This document shows positions 39,011 through 48,472 of a DNA stretch of 64,000 nt, one piece after another (position 1 is the first letter of the stretch; each line of letters opens with the position of its first letter). The notes beneath the pieces are model-generated. The model ran no database searches. It was not told the DNA's origin and saw only the letters and a list, made by a program, of their open reading frames with translations. The translations under genes and the position numbers were made by a program. The DNA is from Microgenomates group bacterium Gr01-1014_7 (GTDB lineage: Bacteria; Patescibacteriota; Microgenomatia; Daviesbacterales; UBA10151). The stretch spans positions 8,960 to 72,959 of the forward strand of contig VMGD01000004.1 of the NCBI GenBank assembly GCA_007376405.1, read 5' to 3'.

Positions 39011-39505
39011 CTACTGGCTGTTGACAGAGTCGAGCATGTATATAAAGTCCTTCTGGAAGAAGCTGGCGCCACCACGCAGAGCGATGTACGTGCTGCCGAA
39101 TAATCCTATAAGGCCTTGGTAGTCACGCTCCATGTGCACCTCGATGTGGCTCCCGCCGTCTGCGCCGGGCGCAATGTGGCATTCCCACACCCCTCCGGGG
39201 AAAAACAGGTTCGATTTCTGGATGACCGAGCGAATAACTCCTGGCTTTGACCAGTCATACCGCTCGTCGGTCCACATGGGCCCGGTGCCCTCACGCACGT
39301 ATGCGGAGGTGGGACCAAGCTCGTAGACACGGTACTGTTTGCTGCTGATGGCAGGCCAATAGTCCGGGCGTCTTTTGCCAAAGTCTGTCACGCCGGCGAG
39401 CACCTTTTTAGGGGACATACGGCTCTCAACCACAAAATCCCAAACTTTTCTGACGCGCATAGTGGGCTCCTTCTTTAAGAACTTCAGCTTATAACAACCC
39501 CTCAT
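39011..39505 (-). CDS. SRPBCC/polyketide-cyclase-like protein, GC-rich
   Basis: TDFG.RRPDYWP...VREG...W..ERYDWS...SN.F..GG.W; start may be MRVRK. Confidence 0.7.
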   Translation of the reverse strand: MRGCYKLKFLKKEPTMRVRKVWDFVVESRMSPKKVLAGVTDFGKRRPDYWPAISSKQYRVYELGPTSAYVREGTGPMWTDERYDWSKPGVIRSVIQKSNLFFPGGVWECHIAPGADGGSHIEVHMERDYQGLIGLFGSTYIALRGGASFFQKDFIYMLDSVNSQ

Positions 39506-39879
39506 AACATGTCAATAGTCCGATGAATTCTCATTTTGCCAAAAAAGATCAGGTCAAGCAGTTTATCATCCTGAGTTAAAAACAAATCACATTCCGCATC
39601 TATCGCGCTATGAAGCTGGATATTATCTTCAAGATCAGATGTAGGACCAAGCAGTGCCTGATTAAGTATAGTTTCGGATAAACCCGCCAGCTGAAATTTA
39701 TCTCTTTGTTCATACACCTTTTTGTTGGGAATTTTTATTTTGAAGGTATAGCAGTAAATGTGGAATGAAAGTGGCGATACATAGATAACATTTCCTTCCA
39801 AATCTTCAAGAATATGCTTTTCGGGAGCTCGATGAATTGCGTCAATAAAGATGTTAGCATCAAGAAAGATCTTTGCCAT
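39502..39879 (-). CDS. vapC: PIN-domain toxin
   Basis: IFLDANIFID...DLEDNIQL.SA...FLTQD. Confidence 0.88.
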   Translation of the reverse strand: MAKIFLDANIFIDAIHRAPEKHILEDLEGNVIYVSPLSFHIYCYTFKIKIPNKKVYEQRDKFQLAGLSETILNQALLGPTSDLEDNIQLHSAIDAECDLFLTQDDKLLDLIFFGKMRIHRTIDML

Positions 39880-40129
39880 ATTTTTCCATAAGATGCCTTC
39901 TGTATCTTCTCTCCCGCTCTTTATATGAAAGTTTTGGTAAATTAAGCTCCTTTGCTAACTTTTTAATTCTTGCGATACCTTCCTTTGTTAGGGGTTTAGG
40001 TTCCTGTGCAGGTTTAATTTCTCCCACAATTTTGGAACGATGGATCAGAGAAACCGAACCACCCTTTTTAAGGGTTTCAATAAGCTCGGATGATTTTGTT
40101 CTTAAGTCTGTAGTTGTTATGTAATTCAT
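39860..40129 (-). CDS. Phd/YefM-like antitoxin
   Basis: ITTTDLRTKSSELIE...VSLIHRSKIVGEI; coupled to PIN gene. Confidence 0.8.
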   Translation of the reverse strand: MNYITTTDLRTKSSELIETLKKGGSVSLIHRSKIVGEIKPAQEPKPLTKEGIARIKKLAKELNLPKLSYKERERRYRRHLMEKYGKDLS

Positions 40130-40217
40130 ATGTATATTTAAATATACACTCAAATGTACACTTTGTCAAGAGTTTTGTTACTTGCTTTTGATTTTAAATA
40201 TGCTATAATACAATTCT

Positions 40218-40588
40218 GGGGATGTATAGTCTCGACAGGATTGCTCTTTAAAAACTGCAAGCCGTTAAGGAAACATGTAACGTTAAATATTGTCTCAAAA
40301 CACAAACGGCAACAGAAATGATGCACGTTTCGCATACGTCGTAGCATAAGCTATTGGTGTGGCGATATCTTGGATAATCTTTTTCAGGCCAGATTACCAG
40401 GGTAAGTACCCGGTCTGAATGCAGTTGTGATATCTAATCCATATTCGCAACAAAGAAACTTGGATTAAGTGTTAATCTTCCTGCTTTTAGGTTACAAATT
40501 AACACTCAAAAATATATAAAAGCTAAGCTTGTAGAAGTTTTTTAAGTTACAATTTTGGACGGGGGTGCAAAACCCCCCATCTCCACCC
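40218..40588 (+). ncRNA. ssrA: tmRNA
   Basis: 5' GGGGATG...TCGAC; 3' T-arm GGGGGTGCAAAACCCCC plus CATCTCCA; tag ORF 40308-40349 encoding (A)GNRNDARFAYVVA*; upstream TATAAT; near smpB. Confidence 0.93.
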
Positions 40589-40626
40589 ATTCGACTTTTC
40601 TTCCTCGCTCAGGGCAAGCCAAATAG

Positions 40627-40651
40627 CTCCGACGTAACGTCGGAGTTTTTT
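40627..40651 (+). terminator. Intrinsic terminator after ssrA
   Basis: CTCCGACG-TAA-CGTCGGAG followed by T6. Confidence 0.75.
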
Positions 40652-40662
40652 GTTAAAATGGT

Positions 40663-41385
40663 TTGGTGAACTTAATATTGGATGTTTTATTTCCCAAAAA
40701 ATGCGTAGGTTGTGGTAAGTTTGACAGCTATTTTTGTTCCGATTGTGTTTCAAATATCAGGCAGGGGGAACTGATTTGTCCTGTTTGTGATATCCCTTCC
40801 GTTTTTGGAGAGACCCACCCCTTTTGTAAGCGGGTATTTGGCCTTGATGGTTTATGGAGTTTAGGGCTGTATCAGGGGTCTTTAAAAAAAGCCATTCAAA
40901 AACTAAAATATAAACCCGCTCTGGTCAGGGATTTTGTCCCGGTTTTGGTAAATATTATAGTTGAGTATTGGACAAAGTACCAGCCTGTTATTTTTGATGA
41001 AATATGTTTTGATCAAATAAAAAAGGATAAAGGGCAGGGGTGGGTAGTTGTACCGGTGCCTCTTTTCTGGTGGAGAGAAAATGATCGTGGTTTTAACCAG
41101 TCAAAACTTATCGGACAATTATTATCCAAAAAATTAGGTTTGGATTACTGCGAAGGTCTTAAACGCATTCGTTATACCAGGTCTCAAGCAAGACTTAAGG
41201 AAAAAGACCGGCGTAAAAATATCCGCGGTGCATTTGAAATTTCTTCCAACTATACCCTATACCCTAAACCCTATACCCTTCTTATCGACGATGTCTGGAC
41301 CACAGGTTCAACCCTTAAAGAATGCTGCTACGTTTTAAAAAGAGCTGGCGCCCAAAAAGTCTGGGCTCTAACTTTGGCTAGATAA
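40663..41385 (+). CDS. comF: ComF-family protein (zinc ribbon plus PRTase)
   Basis: LFPKKCVGC..C..C, VPVPL, RGFNQS, LIDDVWTTGST; true start uncertain. Confidence 0.92.
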   Translation: MVNLILDVLFPKKCVGCGKFDSYFCSDCVSNIRQGELICPVCDIPSVFGETHPFCKRVFGLDGLWSLGLYQGSLKKAIQKLKYKPALVRDFVPVLVNIIVEYWTKYQPVIFDEICFDQIKKDKGQGWVVVPVPLFWWRENDRGFNQSKLIGQLLSKKLGLDYCEGLKRIRYTRSQARLKEKDRRKNIRGAFEISSNYTLYPKPYTLLIDDVWTTGSTLKECCYVLKRAGAQKVWALTLAR

Positions 41386-41418
41386 GGACCAAGTTTTCTG
41401 GTAGAATTGAAGCCGCTT

Positions 41419-41505
41419 GGAGGAGTCGCATAGAGGCCGAGTGCCGCTTCGTGCTAAGAAGCTATACCCGTAAGGGTATCGTGGGTTCGAATCCCACCTC
41501 CTCCG
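41419..41505 (+). tRNA. tRNA-Ser(GCT)
   Basis: GGAGGAG/CTCCTCC acceptor, GCTTC-gtGCTaa-GAAGC anticodon arm, long variable arm, GGTTCGAATCC. Confidence 0.93.
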
Positions 41506-41531
41506 CACTTCGACGCGCTCAGTGCAAGCCA

Positions 41532-41619
41532 GGAGGGGTCGCCTAGTGGCTTTATGGCGGAAGTCTTGAAAACTTCTAGGGGCTAACGCTCCTCGTGGGT
41601 CCGAATCCCACCCCCTCCG
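41532..41619 (+). tRNA. tRNA-Ser(TGA)
   Basis: GGAGGGG/CCCCTCC acceptor, GAAGT-ctTGAaa-ACTTC, long variable arm; T-loop reads TCCGAAT. Confidence 0.9.
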
Positions 41620-44600
41620 CATAGTCCCGAGTTGGCGGGTCCGCCCGTAGGGCGGACCATTGATTTAGAGCTTCACAATATACTTTTCTGTCTTTTAGTG
41701 TGCTGTTCGAGCCGAAGATTTTTAAAGCAAGTACCTTTTTCTCATCCAAGTCTTTCCCTCTTGCGATATTAGCTACGTTAGCAGCTTCCATAATCCACTC
41801 CTTCATTGGTTCGAGCCAAACATTTTGGGTTTGTTCAAAACTTATGATTTGTTCTTCCAGCGTCTTTTTTAAAGATAGTAGTTCTGACTTTTTTGTAAGG
41901 TAGGAGTCTTTATCAATTACTTCATCTAAGTAGGAATCTAAAAGACGCTGGAGCTTATCACTAATAATTTTTATCTCATCTTTTTTAGTTTGAACAAACA
42001 CCTGGCAGGATTGGGCTACCTCTTTTTCTTCTAAACATAATTTATCTAGCATTTTATCTGCCCAATCCTGTCTCAAAGAAACTGTTAATAAATTATCAGA
42101 AAGTTGTTTATCTACATCTTCTTCCCTGGTAAAAAGCTGGGTACATTTGTGAGTCTTAGACTTTTTCGTACATCTATAGTAAGTGAATCCTTTTTTAATC
42201 TCGGCTGTAATCATATAGCCACATTCACCACATTTAAAAAGTCCCATGTATGGTTTGTGTACCCTCTCTTTGGTAATAACCTTACTTCTTCTTTTAACAA
42301 CTTTCTGCACAGCATCCCACAGTTTCTTTGTAATGATTGGCGAGTGTTTTCCTTCGTGGAGCTCGCCTTTAAATCTAAAATGGCCGTAGTAAAAAGGATT
42401 AGTTAAGATTTGATAAGTTATCTGGTCAGAAGGAATTACTTTACCACCTTCACCCTTTTTAGTTCTTCTGGTGGTAATACCATGTTTAGCCAAAAAGCTA
42501 CCAATATCCATAATTCTATAGTTTCCGGTGGCAAACATCTCAAGAGCCTTTACAACAACAGGAGCTTTCTTTTTATCAACAATAATAGTCTTTCTTCTAT
42601 CACGAATGACATTAAGATAGCCTACAGGAGCCCAACTGGGAAACTCACCTCTTAGAGCTTTTTGGCGTAGTCCTCTTTTGGTATTTTCAGATAAGGAATC
42701 CACATAATATTTACTTTGCCCAAATGCGATTGTCAACATAAATTTACCTTGTGGCGTGGGATCAAACCAGAATTGGGGAAATTTAAGCAATTTTATCTTA
42801 CCAGTATCAACAAGGTAGATGATTTTACCTCCGGCTGGTTCAGCCATCGAACTACTGCCATCAACTACCAGATTGACATCAAAACCACCATAAAATTCTT
42901 CTTTTTTTCGTACAGTTTCCATCCGATTAAAACCGGTTGGGTCGAGTATTCCAGTTTTTATATCTAACCTGGCTGCTACTGGATCTTCTAGTTCTTGCCC
43001 TTGGCTCATTCTGACCAATCCTACCATCCTATCTTCTTCTCTAATATAACTTTGAATAATCTTATCAATCTGTTCCTTAATCCTTTTAAGAATATTTCTG
43101 CCTTCACTATCTGTCATCTGATCTACTTCATCCAGCGTGTCTTTTATTTGGCGTGCTTCTTCTATGGGTAAACCTGTTTGATCTGCAAATTCCATAAGCC
43201 ATTTTTCTTCTGCAGAGAGAGATTTTTCTTGAGGTTGTCTTTCCTGGGCTTCTTTTTCAATTTGATCTAGACCATCTTCTGATAAAAGTTCTGGGGAGGT
43301 ATCTTGGAATTGTTCCATCTGATTTTCTCCCTCTAACTGTTCATCACCTGGTTGTTTGACAGGATCACCCTCAGGTGTTGGGTCAAGGATTATCCAATCA
43401 TTTGATCCTATTAACCTTACTTTGGCCCAAGCATGTGCATTGCCTGAATGAAGATGAGCAGTACCATCCTTAGATTTACCAGCTACGTAATATCCATTAA
43501 CACTTCGCCATTCCAAGTCACTAAGGTTTAATCTTTTTAATCCTGCAACAAAGAACTCGCGGGCCAGATAACAATCTGTCAGCTTACTATTAACTATTGT
43601 TTTTAATCGATTGGAGGCTTGACTATCAACATTACTGTACATACCCTCAACTTGCTCATCTTGCGGATAAACAAAGTAGTCGTGTACAAAGGTTTGCCAA
43701 ACACGTGCTTTTTCTAAGGAAGATCCAGGCAAATTTTTAATTCTCTCTATCTCACTATCAATATCTTGAGAGAGAGTTTCAACAGTCCGAGTATCTCTTG
43801 ATGTAATACCCCTTTGTGAAACGTCTCCTTTCCCAATTTCTACCTCATATGGTTGGTTAATGTCAGATTTCAAGAAGATATGACCTTCTTGATCGGCAAA
43901 AACCTCAATTCCCATCCCTTTCATATCATCTAATCCCTGTTGGGTAAGTTGATAATGAGATGTTAAAGGCAAAGCAAAAAGGTTAGTTCCGCTGTACCCG
44001 CTTATTTTTCTATGCGGATTATCTGGTTGCTCAGGTTCAATTTTAAGTTGAACTGATTGTCCCTTGATACTTTGTGTTGGTGATTTGATTAACCTACCTG
44101 TTGCTTCATCTATGAGATCAAAACTGTCGTCTTCGTGATACCCTCCTAAGTAAGGCCCAACCTTAAAAATTGGAGGGCCGCTTTCTCCTTTTTCTTCTTT
44201 ACCTCTATGTTGCTCGTATTCATTAGAAGAAGTGGGTGGAGTAGGAGGTTCCTCAGGTGGTTTAGCTTCTTGTTGATCCTGTGGTTGTTCCTGACCTGGT
44301 TGCTGTTGATCTCCCTGGCTTCTATTCGCTTCCTGATTTCTTAAAAATTCCAACCAAGGTAGAAAACGATTTTCAAACCAAACAGCCTTAGCTTCAAAAG
44401 AAAGATTAGGTGATTCTAAAGCGTCCATTGGAGACACTGACCTGCCTTCAACTTCCTCTTGCCGGGATAGACCTTGTGTCGCTCTTTGCACAATTGGTTC
44501 TACCTGGACATTAGTATTCATTTCTTGGGATAAAATATCGGCAAAAAGCTGCTCTGGTAAACTATTCCCCCGACTGCTTGCAAATTTTGCTAAAAACCCC

Positions 44601-44977
44601 TTCGCTAATTCTGCCCTGGCAGGATCACGTCGTTCCAGTGAATTTAAAGCGGAAAGTCGTTCAAATAGAGTCTGAAAGGTTTGTATTTGACTATCTTGTC
44701 GGCCAATACTTCGCCAATTACGGAATGCGGATACTGCTTCAGGTGAATCTAAAGATACCTGTTTTATTATACGTTCTCCTTCTAGGGCAGATGCTCCTTC
44801 TATTTCCGTGCTGGTAAAACCCCGTAATTGCAGAAAGTTTCTATTTACCTGAAGTTGCCATTTATTATCTTGCTTTACTGCTTTAAAAGGGGTAGCCGCC
44901 GAATCATCAAAAGTTACCTCAATTGGAGTAGTGGACATATATCCTTCCCGATCTATTTCTAGCATATAGCTGTCCAT
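41576..44977 (-). CDS. Chimeric ORF: transglutaminase-like domain plus truncated vWA, fused in frame to an N-terminally truncated large serine recombinase
   Basis: TDC...HAWAKV...LDPTP triad; VVDGSSSM MIDAS start; then GGKIIYLVDTGK...QSKYYVDSLSENTKRG...NPFYYG...CGECG...YYRC; lacks the catalytic YxRxS; C-terminus reads into tRNA-Ser. Confidence 0.8.
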   Translation of the reverse strand: MDSYMLEIDREGYMSTTPIEVTFDDSAATPFKAVKQDNKWQLQVNRNFLQLRGFTSTEIEGASALEGERIIKQVSLDSPEAVSAFRNWRSIGRQDSQIQTFQTLFERLSALNSLERRDPARAELAKGFLAKFASSRGNSLPEQLFADILSQEMNTNVQVEPIVQRATQGLSRQEEVEGRSVSPMDALESPNLSFEAKAVWFENRFLPWLEFLRNQEANRSQGDQQQPGQEQPQDQQEAKPPEEPPTPPTSSNEYEQHRGKEEKGESGPPIFKVGPYLGGYHEDDSFDLIDEATGRLIKSPTQSIKGQSVQLKIEPEQPDNPHRKISGYSGTNLFALPLTSHYQLTQQGLDDMKGMGIEVFADQEGHIFLKSDINQPYEVEIGKGDVSQRGITSRDTRTVETLSQDIDSEIERIKNLPGSSLEKARVWQTFVHDYFVYPQDEQVEGMYSNVDSQASNRLKTIVNSKLTDCYLAREFFVAGLKRLNLSDLEWRSVNGYYVAGKSKDGTAHLHSGNAHAWAKVRLIGSNDWIILDPTPEGDPVKQPGDEQLEGENQMEQFQDTSPELLSEDGLDQIEKEAQERQPQEKSLSAEEKWLMEFADQTGLPIEEARQIKDTLDEVDQMTDSEGRNILKRIKEQIDKIIQSYIREEDRMVGLVRMSQGQELEDPVAARLDIKTGILDPTGFNRMETVRKKEEFYGGFDVNLVVDGSSSMAEPAGGKIIYLVDTGKIKLLKFPQFWFDPTPQGKFMLTIAFGQSKYYVDSLSENTKRGLRQKALRGEFPSWAPVGYLNVIRDRRKTIIVDKKKAPVVVKALEMFATGNYRIMDIGSFLAKHGITTRRTKKGEGGKVIPSDQITYQILTNPFYYGHFRFKGELHEGKHSPIITKKLWDAVQKVVKRRSKVITKERVHKPYMGLFKCGECGYMITAEIKKGFTYYRCTKKSKTHKCTQLFTREEDVDKQLSDNLLTVSLRQDWADKMLDKLCLEEKEVAQSCQVFVQTKKDEIKIISDKLQRLLDSYLDEVIDKDSYLTKKSELLSLKKTLEEQIISFEQTQNVWLEPMKEWIMEAANVANIARGKDLDEKKVLALKIFGSNSTLKDRKVYCEALNQWSALRADPPTRDYAEGVGFGPTRSVSP

Positions 44978-45099
44978 TTTAGCTCACCTTAAAAAACTGA
45001 GCAAATCTTAATCTATAAAGATTCTCAAGAAAATCTGTGCCAGCATATCCTGCAAGCAAAGATATTCTCCAATCATCTCCATCTACAATATTCCAAACA

Positions 45100-45924
45100 T
45101 CATGTAATTTGTTTTGCATTGCTTTTCCTTGGTAAGTAATTTTCTTGAGAAACGATTGAGCGTTTCAGACGCTTCTCAAGTTTTTTTCTTGCTCCTCCGG
45201 CAATATCACCTCCGGCTTTGGCATCACTTTTAAGCTTTGGCATGCCTTTTGAATCTTCATTACGATGAATTTCAGTGGTAGCTCTTTCCCCAAGCATGGT
45301 AAAAATTAGCTCAAAATCATCCATGTGATCACGTAAGTTTTGCTGTTTCAAACCTTTCAGTTTTTTATATTGGCTTGGAGTTATACCAAAAGTAGCATTG
45401 GAGATTTCAGCTGTGAGAATTTCATAATCTTTCTGCAACTCTGCTCCTCTTTTTTGCCATTCATCTGTAAGTTCCTCACGAATAGCAATACCTCTCATCC
45501 GCTTTTCAATCCAGTCATCGGGATATCCTTTGGCTTTATACAAAGCTCTGGTTCTTTTTGTTGCCAACTCCGGGTCTTCAATCTCTTGAATTCTTTCATA
45601 TCCCACTCTTGCTAACCAGCGCTTAAAAGGTTCTGCTTTGGGGGAAGGGATTGACTGGATAATTCGGAAAACCCCTTCTGTATTAGCACAGTTCATCCTC
45701 TGTTTACCACCTTGAGTTTCAACTGGAAGGGTATGGACAATTTGTCCATACCCCTTGGATAATTCATTGTCTCGACGGCGCATTTTGTTAATATAGTCTT
45801 TTGGATTTGATGAATCTGTCAAAGCAACTACCACGTCTTCTACTACAAACCACCACTCATTGTTATGAATAGTTTTGCGAATTGCTTTATTTCTAAAAAT
45901 GGCAATTTTGGTTTCCTCTGACAT
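45100..45924 (-). CDS. BRO-N domain (antirepressor-like) protein
   Basis: IRK...EWWFVVEDVV...RIIQSIPSPKAEPFKRWLA...NLRDHM; start MSEETK preferred. Confidence 0.88.
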   Translation of the reverse strand: MSEETKIAIFRNKAIRKTIHNNEWWFVVEDVVVALTDSSNPKDYINKMRRRDNELSKGYGQIVHTLPVETQGGKQRMNCANTEGVFRIIQSIPSPKAEPFKRWLARVGYERIQEIEDPELATKRTRALYKAKGYPDDWIEKRMRGIAIREELTDEWQKRGAELQKDYEILTAEISNATFGITPSQYKKLKGLKQQNLRDHMDDFELIFTMLGERATTEIHRNEDSKGMPKLKSDAKAGGDIAGGARKKLEKRLKRSIVSQENYLPRKSNAKQIT

Positions 45925-47003
45925 TATCTCAATTCTAGCACAGAATCGGCCAATTTCCACCATTTTGGCCAAGTTCCAGATAATCTTGAGTTGTGGCGGT
46001 CCGCCCGCCCCCGCCCTGTTTGGGATAATTTCCCTTAAAGGAGGGCTGCCGTCAGAAAAATATTCAGTATAGGAATTTTTAATAACTGGTTTGGATAGGC
46101 AGCCCGACCATCGCGAGCCCCGAGAGAATTACTAAATGATTTTTAAAAAGACGGGGCGAGCCCATCGGAATTAGTTGCGTAGCGTACTTCTCGAGAAGTA
46201 CGCGAGCGATGGGAAACAGATAAGGGTATAAATTGCGGCGGGGGAGGTAGCGGAATTACCCCCGCAACGGCAGGAGAAAATAAAACAGAATAATGAGAGG
46301 CGAGGAGCGGCCGAAGGCATATTTTGTTTTTCGCTCCTCGCCGAGGTAGAGACTGTAAAGCATAACTAGAAAACCCTGAATATGGGAAAGGCTCCCCCTA
46401 GGGAGCCCTCTCGCCCAAAAGCGGGGGTGCCGCCACAAATAATTTGGGGGGGAGGGATGATATGGAATTTTTAACAGACTACATTAATTTCTTTTTGTTT
46501 GTGTTTCTTTTTTTGAGGGAGTAAAAAGTGTCCGCGTATGGGAGGGTTGGGACAAGGACACTATAAATAATTTTTTCCTTTTCTTCCCCTTTCTTTTTTA
46601 GCGAAAATTTCCAACGCTGATGGAAGCGAGCCATGTACCAGACGGTACGTGGCGACTGTGTCCCGCCGAAATCCCGAGCGTAGCGAGGGATGAAGGCGGA
46701 GCAGCGACAATTGTTTTTGTTCTGGCGGTTGGGTAATGCAGAGAGGTTTGAATTTAGGTTGAGGTCGGATGCGAGATTGAGGTTGGCGTCGTAAATGGTT
46801 GGAAGCGAGAGAGTTTGCGACATTCATTTTCCCCTTAACCCCTTTTTCTGTCGCAAACTCTTGAGCGACTGTCGCACTATGAAGCGTTAGTAATTTTTGG
46901 TAAAATATGTTCGAGCGATATCATATAGTCGCACAGGTAGTCTAATTTTCTTACTAAAAATATACTTGACAACTGGAATAACCCTGCTATAATAGTAGAT
47001 AAT

Positions 47004-48278
47004 ATGGATTTTATACAACGTCAGGTGTATTTTCAGCTGTTACAACATCTTGACAAGCCGGAGATTTCAGTTTTACTGGGACCAAGACAAGCCGGTAAGA
47101 CCACACTTATTAAAAGATTACAAGAAGAGCTTAATACACAGAATCAACCCAGCTTATTCTTAAACCTTGATATTATCGAGGACAGGCAGTTTTTTACCAG
47201 TCAGCATACATTGCTTGATTTTATAGAAAAAAAGGCCGGTAAAAAGGCTTATGTGTTTATTGATGAAATTTCCCGATTGGAAAATGCCGGTCTGTTTTTA
47301 AAAGGGCTATACGACTTACAATCCAACCATAAATTTGTGGTAACAGGATCTGGTTCTTTAGAATTGAAGGAAGAGGTTATTGAGCCTTTAACTGGGAGGA
47401 AAAAGATCTTCTATTGTTTTCCTTTATCATTTACTGAGTTTGCTGCCTATAAACTGGGTGTATTAAGCAAAAATCCGGATCAGGCATACTCGGAAGTAAC
47501 TAAAATTTTGATTACCCAACCTTTGATAAGAAATAGGATAATCAGCGAATATGTAAATTTTGGTGGTTACCCGCGGGTGGTTTTGGCTACCACAGAACAA
47601 GAAAAAACTGAAATACTTAAAGAGATATATATCAGTTATTTAGAAAAAGACATTGGGTTGTTACTAAATGTAGAGAAAGAATACGCATTTGGAAACCTGG
47701 TTAGGGTTCTGGCATCACAAGTCGGGAATCTGGTTAATCGGGCGGAAATGGCTTCAACATTAGGTTTGACCGAAAAGACTGTTGAAAGATACTTATATTT
47801 ATTGGAAAAAACCTTTGTGGTTGGGCTGGTCAGACCTTTTTATCGTAATGTACGCAAAGAGCTTATCAAATCCCCTAAGGTCTATTTCGTTGATCTTGGG
47901 TTTTTGTATATAGCTCAAGAAATTTTACCGACAATCCAAAGGCAACCAGCAGGCAATGTATTCGAAAATGCCTGTTTTTTAAGATTAAATGAGTTGGATT
48001 TGATCAAACCGCCACAGTTTTGGCGAACCAAATCCGGCGCAGAAGTAGATTTTGTGATAACTGACAAAGAAACAGGCAAAACTATTCCTATAGAAGTGAA
48101 AACTACTTCTAAGAAGAATTTAGGTAAAAGCTTAATTAGTTTTATAAAAAACTATCAGCCGGAAAAGGGGTTTATCTATTTTCAAAGCGGCCATGGAAAG
48201 CTTGAGTTTAAAGTTTACAAAAAAACTACTGTGAATTTCATTCCTTATCATATTTTACCGGATAAAGCGATCGCTTAA
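47004..48278 (+). CDS. AAA+ ATPase (AAA_14 plus DUF4143-type) with C-terminal PD-(D/E)xK-like motif
   Basis: GPRQAGKTT, FIDEI, TGSGS, GGYP, KVYFVDLG, EVDF...IEVK. Confidence 0.88.
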   Translation: MDFIQRQVYFQLLQHLDKPEISVLLGPRQAGKTTLIKRLQEELNTQNQPSLFLNLDIIEDRQFFTSQHTLLDFIEKKAGKKAYVFIDEISRLENAGLFLKGLYDLQSNHKFVVTGSGSLELKEEVIEPLTGRKKIFYCFPLSFTEFAAYKLGVLSKNPDQAYSEVTKILITQPLIRNRIISEYVNFGGYPRVVLATTEQEKTEILKEIYISYLEKDIGLLLNVEKEYAFGNLVRVLASQVGNLVNRAEMASTLGLTEKTVERYLYLLEKTFVVGLVRPFYRNVRKELIKSPKVYFVDLGFLYIAQEILPTIQRQPAGNVFENACFLRLNELDLIKPPQFWRTKSGAEVDFVITDKETGKTIPIEVKTTSKKNLGKSLISFIKNYQPEKGFIYFQSGHGKLEFKVYKKTTVNFIPYHILPDKAIA

Positions 48279-48280
48279 AT

Positions 48281-48400
48281 TAAGCTGCCCAGATGTTGGG
48301 GGTTAATCCGGAGACATTGAGTCGGTGGGATAGGCAAGGAAGATTAAAGGCAATAAAGATTGGTAAAAAGAGATCACAAAAACTTGGAATTAAAGTACCC
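48281..48400 (+). pseudogene. MerR/excisionase-like HTH fragment
   Basis: AAQMLGVNPETLSRWDRQGRLKAIKIG; no proper start or continuation. Confidence 0.55.
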
Positions 48401-48472
48401 CATAAGGATTTTTCTTGGAACCAATTCCTCTTGGAGCTTAAACAGCTAAACTCAATTATACCAGCTTCCACC

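Noticed and set aside
40150..40347. 65-aa minus-strand ORF (also 40547-40753)
   Set aside because: Antisense to tmRNA or comF
46256..46827. ORFs of 60-114 aa
   Set aside because: Low-complexity, mutually overlapping, no recognisable motifs or RBS
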